Shown: positions 1 to 12,260 of the stretch, one piece after another
Position numbering within the stretch: the stretch's first letter is position 1
Layout of the letters: each line of letters starts with the position of its first letter
Assembly: GCF_947568905.1 (NCBI RefSeq)
Contig: NC_079166.1
Coordinates: 65,162,001 to 65,226,000, forward strand
Reading direction: 5' to 3'
Origin: Ostrea edulis
Lineage: Eukaryota
DNA: 64,000 bases
Notes under the pieces: generated by a model
The model's input: the letters and a program-made list of their open reading frames with translations, nothing else
Database searches by the model: none
What the model was told of the DNA's origin: nothing
Translations under genes and position numbers: made by a program

Positions 1-1151
1 GGTTTTGACACATTCACCTGAGTACCCTTAACTGCTTCAAATTCAATAGCTAATGATATAGCAGCTTCTAATGGTTGCGGAGGATGAAAAATGACATGGT
101 CATGTATTGCAGAATTGCCTATCCCATTGATAAACTGTTCAAGGACATTGATCTCCCTATCCTTATATGTCATGTCAGGAAATTCCAACCACCCTAGCCG
201 CCTTAAAGAATAACCATAGTCAGCAGAACTCTCACCAGACTTTCTTCTACGTGACCTAAATTCACATCTATGAGCTATAACTAACTCTTGTGGATTGAAC
301 TTTTTGGTCAAGATGGATTTAATTGAATCATAGTCAGATCTCTGTTCAACTGTACGATCACCTAACAACTTCTGAGCTTCTCCTCTTAAACACATAACTA
401 ATTATTGACCCTGTACATGATATGACCACTTATTCCAGGAGGAAACTTGTTCAAAATGCACAATGAAGTATTTCCACTCTACTGATCTACCATCGAACTT
501 ATCAGGTTCTTTTTCCTTTCTAACAGGTTGACTATGATCTGACCTATTGACTCTAGATGTGTCTACAGATGTAAATCTATTTGACCTTTCTGAAGGAAGA
601 GAGTGTAGTGTGCCTAACTGTGTAGGTGTAGTCCTAGCTGTCTGAGTTGTGCCTATTTGACTAGATGTATCTGCCACAGACTTGTATGCATCTAACTGTG
701 ACCTATGTAGTGCTATAAATAACTCTAACTCCTGTCTCTCTAACTCCTTAATTTGCCTCTGTAATGCATCCGTATCTGTTTCCCTACTATGTGAAGATGC
801 ACCCAAACCTACAGGAGAACCTTGAGCTGAATCCTCAAAAGTGACTTTCTGGTCTATTCTAGCACCATTATCAACAAAAGCATGATCACCTAATTTGGCA
901 CTCTTGTTCCGATGCACTGACTTTCTCTTCTCATACTCATTCTTCACTCTCTCATAACATGCAGTCAGTTCTTGAAACTCTCTGTCCATCTCTTTCTCAT
1001 TCATGCTATCGGGCTCTTTTTCAAGGGCTACAAAATCAGGGTAAAGACTATCATCTAATGCATGAGAACGGGCACCTTGAAAATGAATCTTAGGCCTAGC
1101 ACCACTATCTTTGGGTGTGGATGTATGGAAGGGAGGTAAAGGCGAAGTCAT
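1..1151 (-). pseudogene. Gypsy/Ty3-type LTR retrotransposon gag, interrupted by one in-frame stop at 402-404; runs off the window start
   Basis: ORF 402-1151 ends in EPDKFDGRSVEWKYFIVHFEQVSSWNKW. Reading through the TAA gives LVMCLRGEAQKLLGD...FNPQELVIAHRCEFRSRRRKSGESSADYGYSLRRL...LEQFINGI...LEAAISLAIEFEA, a typical Gypsy capsid-like gag. It starts just downstream of a PBS and an LTR end. Confidence 0.85.
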
Positions 1152-1164
1152 GGTTTCTGTCTAG

Positions 1165-1187
1165 GAATCCTGGTTTCACAGGCACCA
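1165..1187 (-). promoter_or_regulatory. Primer-binding site of the Gypsy element, best match tRNA-His
   Basis: Minus strand reads ...TTACA ttt TGGTGCCTGTGAAACCAGGATTC. This matches the complement of an invertebrate tRNA-His 3' end (TGGTGCCGTGACCAGGATTC) with two small bulges and lies 3 nt from the LTR terminus. Confidence 0.6.
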
Positions 1188-1190
1188 AAA

Positions 1191-1506
1191 TGTAACGGGA
1201 ACCAGTGTATCTCCAGGGACTAGAATAAGCCAAACCTTTCCCAAAGTACAAGATCTAATCTTTCTGTATTCATTCAATTGACTATAGATAGTACTTGGGA
1301 TCGGAAGGACTTATTAAATTATTGAAAATGTAAATTACACTGGTTGAAATGTATACCCAGGTTCTTTAGTGATTCCCAGATTATGATCATCACCTTGTTT
1401 TGGAAATGAAAAGATTTGTAAAGTTTATGAATTTATTATGACAAAAGTAAATATGATTTTAGACTAGTTGATAACAAATAACAAATATGTTTTCCAATAT
1501 ATATAT

Positions 1507-1560
<54 letters not shown>

Positions 1561-2563
1561 AACTGGAATTAATTATCCAATATAATTTAGTAACAAGATA
1601 TATGAAAAATAAATTATATTGTAAAACTTTAAATATGGGAGAAATGTTACTTTATCAAAAATATGTAATTATTGCGCTAAAGAGCTTCCATACACCCAAG
1701 AATATAGACCATTGTTATAAATAAACATGGGGATAGGCTAGGTGTAAATATATAACTCAAAAATGAAATAAAGTAAGGGATATCTAATTCTACCCTGAAC
1801 CAATGGGTGACTCTACTATGGGTAACTACAATCCTAACTTTCAAACTCTAAACTTTGCTATCGAACATGAAGTTCTTAAAGGCACGAACCTTAACGTTCT
1901 TGACCCCTAGCAGTGTGAATTTCACTCTTCTGGGTAGCTCTATTTATAGGCAAAGCAAACCAATAAAATACTAAAAATAAATGCCTAATCTGATTAGTCA
2001 GGACTTAGTCTCTTAGCCAATAGAATTATAGAATACAGATTACGCTTGGGATGACTGGAAATATGGCGGGTATAATGAATTACTTAAAGAAGTGAAAGGT
2101 AAACATTTGTAATATCAAAACATTCACTTTATATGATTTCAAAATGACTTTTGAAGTAAATAAATATATAATAGACATATTATATAAACTTAAGAGCTGG
2201 AAATCTGATATCCTAAGATCAGTGAAAAGCACAATTGTCACATTTGTATATTACAAGCAAAGAATTATAACTCGATAATGTACACAGGGATGGCCGAATA
2301 CTAAGATATCACGCATATTAATGACGATTGTCATATCTTCACTGATTATTCTCTATATAAAAGTACTACATAAAACTGTATATTTCCCTGAAATTAACTA
2401 TTTCCCCCATCTGAGGACTACTCACTGCAAAATCAGTGCTACTCCCTTAGACTACTCAGGAAATCCAGTTTTAGCCATATCAGCATTTTGGAGAACAGTT
2501 ATTATACACTGATGATGTAATGATATTTTTTTTCAAAGAAATAATATACAGTTATTAATTACA
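1191..2563 (-). mobile_element. 5' LTR of the Gypsy element; left boundary firm, right boundary tentative (2255 or 2563)
   Basis: The LTR 3' end ...GTTACA abuts the PBS at 1191. A TATA-like CTATAAATAGAG lies on the minus strand near 1938-1949. Candidate TGTAA 5' starts on the minus strand are at 2255 and 2563. Contains a (TA)n tract at ~1496-1558. Confidence 0.5.
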
Positions 2564-2614
2564 ATGGTGTGAGTAGTTTTTGTAAGTATTGCTTAACTTC
2601 CAGTTATTTCTTAA

Positions 2615-5600
2615 TCAGAACAATTTAAATCCGGAAAAGGTCGTAATATGACCACCATCACTGTAGTACCCAGTACCTCCTCCCCGCCTCACCCACACTC
2701 TGTCAGCTTTCTGTAGAGGCAGAACAACAAGATTAGTTCCCGTCTGATGAATCTGAATTTTAGACCCACTGTTATACCAGGCTAAAGCCCGAGCTTTCGT
2801 AGATCCGTTTAACACTATATCAAAAGAAATGTATTTCTGAGAGGCAGATTGAACAGAAATATAGAAGACATAAGTCCCTGCAGAGAGTGCAGTGAAGACA
2901 CCAGTATTAGAATTGTAGCCCCCTCCTTCATTGTAGATGGCATGGGGGAAAACGAGAGTACTCCCAGTCCAGCTACGATCACCCGATTTTATCCCGGCAG
3001 TAAAGGCCACATTCAATCCGTTATCTACAAAGAGAAAATGAAACTCTTTTTCATGTAATGGTTTATGCTTAACGTCTTGGATATTTTGACGGAAAACACA
3101 TACAATCGACTGTTTGACGGTTGACTGAAAAACAATCATATCCACCTACTCCCGGAAATATTCCCCTACCCAAATGCATAATTAACACACCAGTATATGG
3201 ATTTATAATGCATGTGATTGTAGGCAATACAATAAAGAAGTAGGATACATTGATTGGTGAGATTTGTACATGCTCTAACCAACAAACTTAAAACAAATGT
3301 CAAGACAGTGGCCCAATTCCATGACCTATATATAGGGCAACAAGGCTCATGTAAAGCCTTTTCGTGATGAATGCTTCAACATATTGAATAATCCATGTAG
3401 TACGAAACTATAAAAGTAAAAAAGCAATTTTGAGTACAGTCTCCAAAAGAATCTTGAAACACATAAATCCATTTTGAAGTTTGACAGCACAGCAAAGAGA
3501 AGGACTGAACATCAACAGCTTCAAGTAAAATATTCACATACAAAACTAGACTAAGCTAGAGCAGAATATGTTTAGCATATTTTGTACCACATATTTTGAT
3601 AAACGTCACTTTATACATGTACTACCAAATGGACTAGATTTAGCTACATAGATGCACTGATATTATGAAGTCACACATGTGTACACAACATCGTTGCATG
3701 CGTGACAAACTTAACAGTGTGATAACCTTGACACTCTTATGTCACTATATTTAGGACACACCGATGTTTAGGTGATGATTAAAGTTCTACAAATATACAC
3801 ACATTAAAACTTCACAAAACTACGATAAACAAATTAAGCTCGAAAACTTACTCTATGTTGGTGGGATAAAATTGCAGAAAGTGTTGGAAAGGCAACATCA
3901 TTTGATAATGCCGTCCTGGTGTGATTTATCAAAAATGCAGAAATAGGACTCCATCAGGAAACGATACCAAGAAAGACAACTCTATGTCGTAACATTTACA
4001 GCTCACCCAAATCACCTAATTCATACACATATGAAACCTGAAAATATGGTGCAATAGCAGTTTAAAACTTGAATATCTACTAAAAAAACAACATTCAAAG
4101 CTACCTATATTACACACCTTACATGTACATGTAGTTTTGTCGGGGCGTCGGTATCGAGGAGCGGAACTAGGGCTTCTCAGGTAAAAGTAAGCGTTCTAAC
4201 CACTAGACTACCGATTTCTTTATAGTCATATACAAAATTTCAAACCGTTGTTTTAGCCTTATTTTTGATCGGGGACCTATATTCTGCGCCAAATGTGGAT
4301 ATTCCAATTCTAATATATGAAAGTGTGCTTTAATAGATATCAATAAGATATCTAACACAAACTCAAGGTCCGGGATGAATTTTCATGGATTAAAAAAAAC
4401 ATTAATGTATGCTAAAAGGGGATGTTTTATGATTCTTTTAAGATGTAACAGTAAAATCTCTATTGAAGTTCGGTCATGACCCACGGGTCCAGGTCCATAC
4501 AGTCTTGACTATAGGTACACTCTACATGAGTAATTGACAATTTGTAGCATTTTAATTCTTGAAAGAAGAAAAAACCATTCCAACATAAACAAAACTCAGA
4601 CTGTGGCTCCACCCTGACCCAATTGGTGACCATTCTGGTCAGGTTGTTCTTGGGAAGAAAAATGAACATCATCCTTCATTTGAATTTTTTTGAAATTTGC
4701 ATTCCTTTTACAGAAGAGTGCTTTTCACAAAAATTCAGCTAATATGATTGGTAGTTCTGGAGAAGTCGAAAATGAGAAACACCGACGAATATAACAGGCA
4801 TCGTATAACCCGCAATGCTCATGTGTATCACTATATGGCTCATCAGGTGAACTAAAACCTGGCCATGATACTAATGCATTAGAGCTAAATGTATGTTACT
4901 TTCTACTAATTTTGTAACGTAAGTGATCTCGAGAAAGGCATTTAAACATTCCACAGTTCTGACTTTGATTGAAGATCGTGAATCACTTTCAGGTCTTACG
5001 TGATTACATCTAAAACTGCTATTGAAGGAAAGAGAGTATACTTAAATCATTGAAGGATCTAAGTAACACTTGCCCTTGATTTCAATCATATGAACTTTAT
5101 TCACAATCATTATGCATTTCTACGTTCTAAACAATAATGAATCTTAGCCTGATGATTTAAAGATATAAAAAGTGACAGTAGAATGAAAACGAGATTACTA
5201 CAAGTATTAAAACACGAAGACATAAAGATTGAGATGTTGCACTTTGTTCAATCAATACAATTCCTCAATATATCATTAAATCAAGGCTAAAGGCTTAGAT
5301 GTGAGTTTATAAATATAATAACCACACATAAAAATGATCTAAACGCCAAACTCCAAGCAGACAAGATATATTGACTAATATCACACACAGTATTTTCTTA
5401 ATTTTTGTGAAATAAACAATGAAAGTTTGTTTTTACTTTTGCAGACTCATGAAACTCCGAAATAAATTTGAGCAACTTCCTGTTACACTAGTATTTGTCT
5501 AACAATATTTTAGACCAGAGCTTTTAAATAAGGTATTCAAAGTCTTTGTTGACTGTTGACTGTTATAACGATGGCAGACCCCAACGCCCTCCAGAAGATG

Positions 5601-8600
5601 AGAAAACATGTTACTTTACGAGGTGGAGGGAGACTTTGACTGCATTAGATTGCATCAAACTCCATGTTATATTTCCTAGTTCTTCCTCAGTTGGGATCCC
5701 AAAAACGATCTTGCTAAATAAATGAAACATTTGGACATATCGCGATCAGCAGACATGACCTTCCTATCCAAAAACGTCTCAGTTTTTCTTGGATAATTGA
5801 TGTCAACATTTCATTTTTAAGATCCCCGTCGAATGTAGGTCTTGAGCTCGCAGCACGCTCTGTCAATCATCAACAGTTCATTCGATCCAATTGGGTTCAT
5901 TTCCTTAATTGCTATGCAAGGAAATATGTTGCTTTGGCAAATTATGACCACTCTATCCCAGAGCATTGGCTGTTAAGAACCACTTCTTGCGTTGTTTCGC
6001 TTGAGGTGGGAACACTTGGTCAGATTTCCCCACTTTCTCGGATTGTTTCAGCATTCCACAACTGTGTATGGCTGAATCATCACAATTAGAAGTGAACATT
6101 TTCTTCGACGCTTCAAATAAGCAATTGCAACAGCATATTTGAAAGGATGAGGACATCAGTGATGTGAGCATTTTCATAAAATAGGCAAATGGTTCCTCAT
6201 CCCATGGTATTTCAATCCTGAACTTTAAAATGTGCATAGCAGTAATGACCTTTGGGAATACTGAGATTCCGAAGGAACAGCTGAACAACAACGTTACAGT
6301 AATAGCCAAGTTGTTCATGATACATACACATGTCGCCAACGAAATCAGACACGTTAATGAATAGAATTCAAACATAGTGTTACATGGGGCATATGATTGA
6401 TAGCTACACGTATCGACAGACAACATCCCGCTGAACTAGCCACTCGTCCTTTTGATTCAAAGTGTATTTCATATATTACGTGTATTAAAGGGTCAGACTT
6501 CTTCACAAATTACACATCTGTAACAAATACATTGATTATCCTATATACGGACAGAGACACGAGATCTAATTTAGCCACATACAAAACAGGGAAATATGGC
6601 CTGCATGCTTGGTTTCAATGGGGATTCATATGTAGTATTGAAACGATGAGAATATCTTTTCTTTCAATAATGCAAACAAACTTTTCGTTGCTATCAGGGG
6701 ACCTGTACGTCAGTTTAACTCTGATACAGGGATTAAGTGTGTGGGAACTGTCAATGAGTTGTGAAGAATCCATCCGTGTTGGGTTTTTTTTTTACTAAGA
6801 AGGCGAATGCCTGTAGCCCTTTATTTCTCTATATGTCTCCTATTCCGTGAGTGACCCGCCAAAGAATTAGGATTCTCAACAACATACTACGCATTATTGC
6901 GAAAACCCTACACACGAGACTCACAAATTTCATGGCGGAAGCAAGGGTAGTGATGAATTTTAGTCCCCTAATTCCTTCGAAAGAGGATGCAGAGATAACT
7001 TACTATCTTGACATCGTCCATGTTACGTGCCCATGAAACTAACATACCTCGTATTACCCGAATTTATTGCATTGTGGGAGCAAAAAGGGATCTAAAACTC
7101 TCAATGACGGCATGTTCCAACTAGACGTGTTCAGATGTTGCAATTGATATATGTACCTGATGAGACAAACCAAGTGAGATATCCTTTTTACGTGTATATT
7201 GTGGAGTGGAAAAGAAACTTGCATGTATGATTAGAGGAAATGATTTCTGGGGGAAATGGGAACAAGAACATGTGTCTACCCTACAACCATGGCGTAAAGG
7301 GACATGCGAATATGACATTTCTAGGGAAGAAGGCGTAGTTTTCATGAATAATGCTGATTCTTTCAGAAATGTGTGCCAGGCCTTTAACTTTTGTCAAAAG
7401 AACCTCTCCTTCAGCTGATGAACGTGTTAGTGAAGTAGTGACCCGAAGAATCAAGGGAAATAATCACGTTATGTAAACCAAATTTGTTCTGAAAACAATT
7501 GAGCTTATCAAAAAATTAATTTCATTCCAATTCTCGTTTCTATGCGATTAGTTATGTGCACACTGTAGTAATATCACTAGTCAAACGACTTCCCAAGGAG
7601 ACAGTAGAAGAGTGTGATGATGTCTTCTTCTTTTTTCGAATTGGTTCAAATTTCACTCTAAATTCTAGTGTACAAGCACAACGAGTTTAGTAAACATTTT
7701 CTCGTTGGTTATTAGTTCAAACAGCACAGTATGTAAATTGTTTTTGGTATCTACAGCGCTGTGATTATTTCAATCCCTGCCTTAAACATTATAAACATTA
7801 TCAATCGACGTATTTTGACAAAAATTACATTTCTCGGAATCTGTAAATAAACCATATGGGCATGCCTTTGTATAAATAGTGGACTGGATTATACTAGGTG
7901 TAAATATATTTGATACGATTCTTTATTCGCACCATACTGCGAATTCAGATGATGTAATTCAACAATCGCTGCCATAAAAGAGTAGTTTTGCGAAAATATA
8001 GATCATTTAAATCATCTTATGACAGGATGCAGCTAGTATATTATAGATTTGAATTATGGCATATTGTTGCATGTATAGATAGTAATTTTTCCGCTGTGTT
8101 AATAGAAGGTTTACGGTATTTGAAATGCGCATAGATCGACTACAGGTGAGGATCGATTTTGTGTTTTGCTTTTCATTATTTTTGAAGTCTTTCAGCATTA
8201 ACTAGGAGTAGCATTGGCGCTAGCATTTGTAAAAGTACAACTCGTTTGATGACAGCTTACACAGGGTAGTTGTAAATTTCATCTTACCACAGTTTGATTT
8301 TGAAACATTCATCCTGAAAACCTCTAACGATGAAACCGCAGATGATAATTTGAGCTGTTCATCTGTTGTCTTCTTTGCCTGACTCTCCAACTTAATCACG
8401 GTATTGTTCAGGTTTTCTGTAATACCAAGCAGTGCACATTTTATTATTTAAATATGCAGAGATGTAAAGTTCTGTATGCAACATTCTAACTTTTAATCAT
8501 ACTTATATTCCACCCGAGATGTAAAGAATTTTATATTACGAATTTATATTTTTGATACGCAGACTACAATAAAAGAGAAAGGTCTTTTACCCATTAAAGT

Positions 8601-9317
8601 TCTGTTCATTTCTGATTGTGAATCCTGTAAGTGCCTGATCAATGCCGATAAGTTGCTGAATTTTCTTCTAGTTTCCGATTGTTCAAATTTCAGATGTTCA
8701 ATTGATGTATTCCAAAGACTTTCAATTTCACGACTTTTCTCATCTTTGATTTTATTTTCGTTTTCAATCTTCTCCTTTAAATCTAAAAGTGTCACAGAGA
8801 GGTATCGCACTTCCATTTTAATATCTCCAACAACTTTATTCGTTTTGTTAACGATGCTTTGTCTTTTCTCATCATTTTGTCTTACAATAGAAATTTGGTT
8901 TTCAGTAATAGTTGTAATGTTTTTGTCGACAATGTTAAAGTGGTCTTCAAATTCCTCTATCTTACGATGACACTTCATATTACCGTCCTTAAGCTTTTGA
9001 TTTTCCTGTTGCAAAGTGTCCATACGTATTTTCAATGCAGCTATCGTCTGCTGAAGACTTGATACCGTGGTCTCGGTGGACACCATGTTTCGCTTCATGG
9101 TCTGAATATCGTTCAACAGTGCGTGGACATTCTTGGTCAGAGCTAAGCGAATCACGGTTTCCTGGTTGATGATCTGCCGTAAGACATCCACATCTTTTAT
9201 TTCGCGCCGGTTACCTTCCAAAGCAGTGGAGTTCTGATCCTCAATATCAGTTAACAGCGAGTAAGTCTCCGCTTTAATGAAGACAGCTAAGACTGCGCAA
9301 AACCTTAATAACTTCAT
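2615..9317 (-). CDS. C1qDC gene A: secreted coiled-coil + C1q (gC1q) domain protein, ~421 aa; join(complement 8591..9317, 8288..8416, 2615..3024)
   Basis: Exon 1 has a signal peptide ([16 protein letters not shown]) and heptad coiled coil, with donor ATGG|gtaaaa. Exon 2 is 129 bp (ttacag|...TGTG|gtaaga; [13 protein letters not shown]...[16 protein letters not shown]). Exon 3 follows ttctctttgtag| and encodes a C1q domain (VAFTA...[23 protein letters not shown]...GTYVF...TFSGFKLF). All introns are phase 1, and 727+129+410=1266 nt is an intact frame. Confidence 0.88.
4141..4212 (-). repeat. Degenerate tRNA-derived SINE head
   Basis: Minus strand cggtagtctagtggttagaacgc...ctagttccgctcct shows an A-box and a decayed B-box; no complete cloverleaf. 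Confidence 0.4.
4330..4858 (+). mobile_element. Helentron-associated (HINE-like) element fragment with a ~170-bp satellite-type unit
   Basis: Contains a unit similar to the 58-61 kb arrays (ggctccacccTGACCC...gaagaaaaatgaa...ggtagttctggagaag) and a HINE-type 3' end (gctca...caggtgaactaaaa). Confidence 0.5.
5440..6426 (-). pseudogene. Decayed coding-like remnant inside intron 2 of C1qDC-A; family unresolved
   Basis: Protein-like stretches across frameshifts and stops (…[12 protein letters not shown]…HSCGMLKQ…KKWFLTAN / [26 protein letters not shown]…[13 protein letters not shown]). No domain recognised with confidence. Confidence 0.3.
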
Positions 9318-9359
9318 ACTGCCTCTACAGTGAACTGTCCTAACAGCAACAGAAGTTTA

Positions 9360-9363
9360 TATA

Positions 9364-9419
<56 letters not shown>
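9360..9419. repeat. (TA)n microsatellite immediately upstream of the C1qDC-A start codon
   Basis: Near-perfect TA run about 45 nt upstream of the ATG at 9317; it merges with a TATA-like tatataaa on the minus strand. Confidence 0.9.
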
Positions 9420-9423
<4 letters not shown>

Positions 9424-10519
9424 CTTTGTTTGATATGATTGACATTCCTTAACTTAGGATAGGCTGGTGGCCACTTACGATTCAGTTCTTAGTATTTTCA
9501 CATTGCACGCATACGGATATGTAACGTATATATGCTACTCTCAGTTTAAACAGTTCGCTTTAACATAATATTAGTATATTTAACATGTTCCCCTAAAATT
9601 GATAGAAAGATTTATTTCTGGAGGTTTTTTCCGATAACCGTGAATCATGTAAAATCGCAGCGAGGGTAACCTACTGAAAAACTCTGAATTTCGATAAATG
9701 ATCCAGCACTTTGATTACATGCTAAACTCTGAATTTCGTTAAATGATCTCTGATTACATGTTAAAGGTAGTTGAGTGACCTAGCGCTCTGAATACACACT
9801 GAAGTCTAAAAGTAAAGTGATCCAGCGCTCTGGTTACATGCTGAATATAGTTGCGTGATCTACAAATGTAGCTATAATAACACTCTGATTACACGCTGAA
9901 GTCTGTAGTTGTGTATTCTAGCACTCTGACTTCATGCTGATCCCCAGCTTATTCTTCCGTATATCATTATAGTGAAGTATGGTTTACATTAGCCACGGTG
10001 CCCGTGCAATTGGTTTGTGGACGATTTTTCGGATCTCGTAAGAGGACTGACGTTTACATTACATATGGACATGGTGGCATTTCTGTGGACTCCCGTGAAG
10101 TGGTCGGGTTAAACCTGCATTTGTGATGGCTGTGCGGAAATTGTACAAACACTGTGCAGTTATACGCGATCTCCGCAACTTTCTCTACGAAGCCCTCGCG
10201 ACTCTAGTGGAAGTGCCGTTCGATTGTCCTACGAAACTGGACGACATTAATGACATCGATGGTTTGGCTACACGCTTCGCAACCGGGGATGGGGGTGGAG
10301 TGGGGATCTATTCCGTTCCGGTGCAACGTCAATCCGATGACGGGCAAGCAAAAAAAACCAAACAAACGACCTCGAATGTATTCCAATAAGCTCCATTTTT
10401 ATATCAAATTCACATTCAATAAAAAAAGACTTACTGTCTTGTTTCTGATAAATATTTGATAGAAACGATGAGATCTCCCTATTGTACGTTTAAAACATGT
10501 TGATAATAACTAAGTAGGG

Positions 10520-10860
10520 ATTTATACAGAGTTTGGAGGCATTGATTTTGTATAAATTCCGCACAACCGGAGGCGGAGTTTGTATATTACATGTAACAAC
10601 AACCGGAGGCGGAGTTTGTATATTACATGTAACAACAACCGGAGGCGGAGTTTGTATAATACATGTAACAACAACCGGAGGCGGAGTTTGTATATTACAT
10701 GTAACAACAACCGGAGGGGGAGTTCGTATATTTACAACAAGTATGTATATTCACGAATTGGACTACAAGCTGATGAATCAGATTCATTTTGGGTTGATAT
10801 CGTCACACTTAAGTCTAGACCGTTCATTATAGGCACGTTTACCGGCCTCCTCATGATCAA
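10520..10860 (+). mobile_element. CR1/L2-type LINE ORF2 apurinic-endonuclease fragment (decayed)
   Basis: Motifs GGGVCI and, across frameshifts, SRIGLQADESDSFWVDIVTLKSRPFIIGTF-YRPP, characteristic of the LINE APE domain. Confidence 0.7.
10564..10735 (+). repeat. 36-bp minisatellite (caaccggaggcggagtttgtatattacatgtaacaa), 4 full copies + 1 partial
   Basis: Copies start at 10564, 10600, 10636, 10672 and 10708, head-to-tail without spacers. Confidence 0.95.
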
Positions 10861-11309
10861 AGCTTTTTATAGTGTTTAGAGGATAAAATCAGTCAACTAA
10901 GACTATCATTATTGGTGATTGTAATGTATTTCTGCAAAATGTTTCAGTTTCTTTATTCCGTGACACTTAATATATCATACATGTAGGCATTACAATGCAT
11001 GTACAAAGCATATATATTATTATATAATACAATTACATACATGGTATAATAACATCATATATTATTGATTTCTTTTTCAAAATTGCAATCGTAATTGTGT
11101 TTTGCAAAACTATTTTTTCCTAAATTAATTAATTACTACACATTAACTGTATCATCATGAAGACACTTTGTCTTCAGGAGTAGTATGATTCTTGATATAC
11201 TTTTATTAAATAGTTCGCATGCATACCATAGGAATTACAGAAGCATTTTAAATGTATTTGGTTTTATACAATTTATGGAAAATCCTACAGGAGCAAAAAC
11301 AAATGCATG

Positions 11310-12130
11310 CCGTTAATAGATCATATCTTTGTGAGTAACAAAGACAAATTTGTACAGCCTGGTACAATTCTTTTTGGCATGAGTGACTATGATATGATAT
11401 ATTGTACAAGGAAAATATGTAAAGGTTAAATAAACAAGCACAATCCTGTCAGAATTAGGTGGATGATTTTTTAAATTCTGACCACTTTGTGAAAGAGCTT
11501 GAGAAAAGTAACCAGAACTCAAGTATGGTATTTAATTCTGTTTATACGAATTGGGATAGATTCTGAAATTTCTCCAAATATTTTGAATACTTATATTACA
11601 CTAAAAGAAGTACGGTTGAAACAGGGAACAGAGCTCGGGTGTGTTAGAGAATTTCAAAAAGATAGGTTTTATATGTTTTTCGAGAAAAGCAAGAATCGTC
11701 AAGATTATTCAAAATTTTGTTAAGAAATTTGGCCCAAAGAAAGATGCATATAGCAAAAGCTGCCCATATTTCAGAGAAAATAGATGAGAGCAAAGACGAA
11801 AATAATAACCTTAGTTTACTTTTAAAAGATTTGGGATACAGAAGCCAGAAAAGGGAAGATTCGAAAGACATATTAGACAGTGATGGTCAAACATGTCCTG
11901 ACACGGTCGATATAGCAAAATATCTCAACTTATTTTTTACCACTCTTGATTCAAAGCTTGCGAATGCCCTTCCCTTTGCGTATGGTTTTGTGGGGGTCAT
12001 GTCAGATTGTTTTAAACAATATTATGAAAATAGAAATGTAAACAATAGCATTTTGAAAACATTAAGCTGTTTAAATGTGTCTAAAAATACAGAAATCTGT
12101 GCTGCTGAATTTGAAAAAAAGAACAATATA
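11310..12130 (+). mobile_element. CR1/L2-type LINE ORF2 fragment (end of endonuclease plus linker)
   Basis: IDHIFVSNKDKFVQPGTILFGMSDYDMIYCTRK (APE C-terminal motif) and IAKYLNLFFTTLDSKLANALP (conserved pre-RT linker); multiple stops and frameshifts. Confidence 0.75.
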
Positions 12131-12260
12131 TAGATAGATAGATATATGCTCAGGTTACTTTTGGAAATAAGAAGTTAATACAGTTAATACAGTGGGACAT
12201 GTACGTGTTCATGCTTCTCAGGTTCCGGTTGGATTACTGTCTACAAGTATTAACAAAAGG

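Noticed and set aside
2615-3145. ORF-track start at 3145 for a stand-alone C1q protein (also 12638 for gene B)
   Set aside because: The upstream part is intronic; strong phase-1 acceptors at 3025 and 12671 link these exons to the coiled-coil exons.
10564-10735. 36-bp repeats as a CRISPR array (likewise the 38-bp and 49-bp arrays)
   Set aside because: Units are contiguous with no unique spacers, there are no cas genes, and the DNA is eukaryotic.
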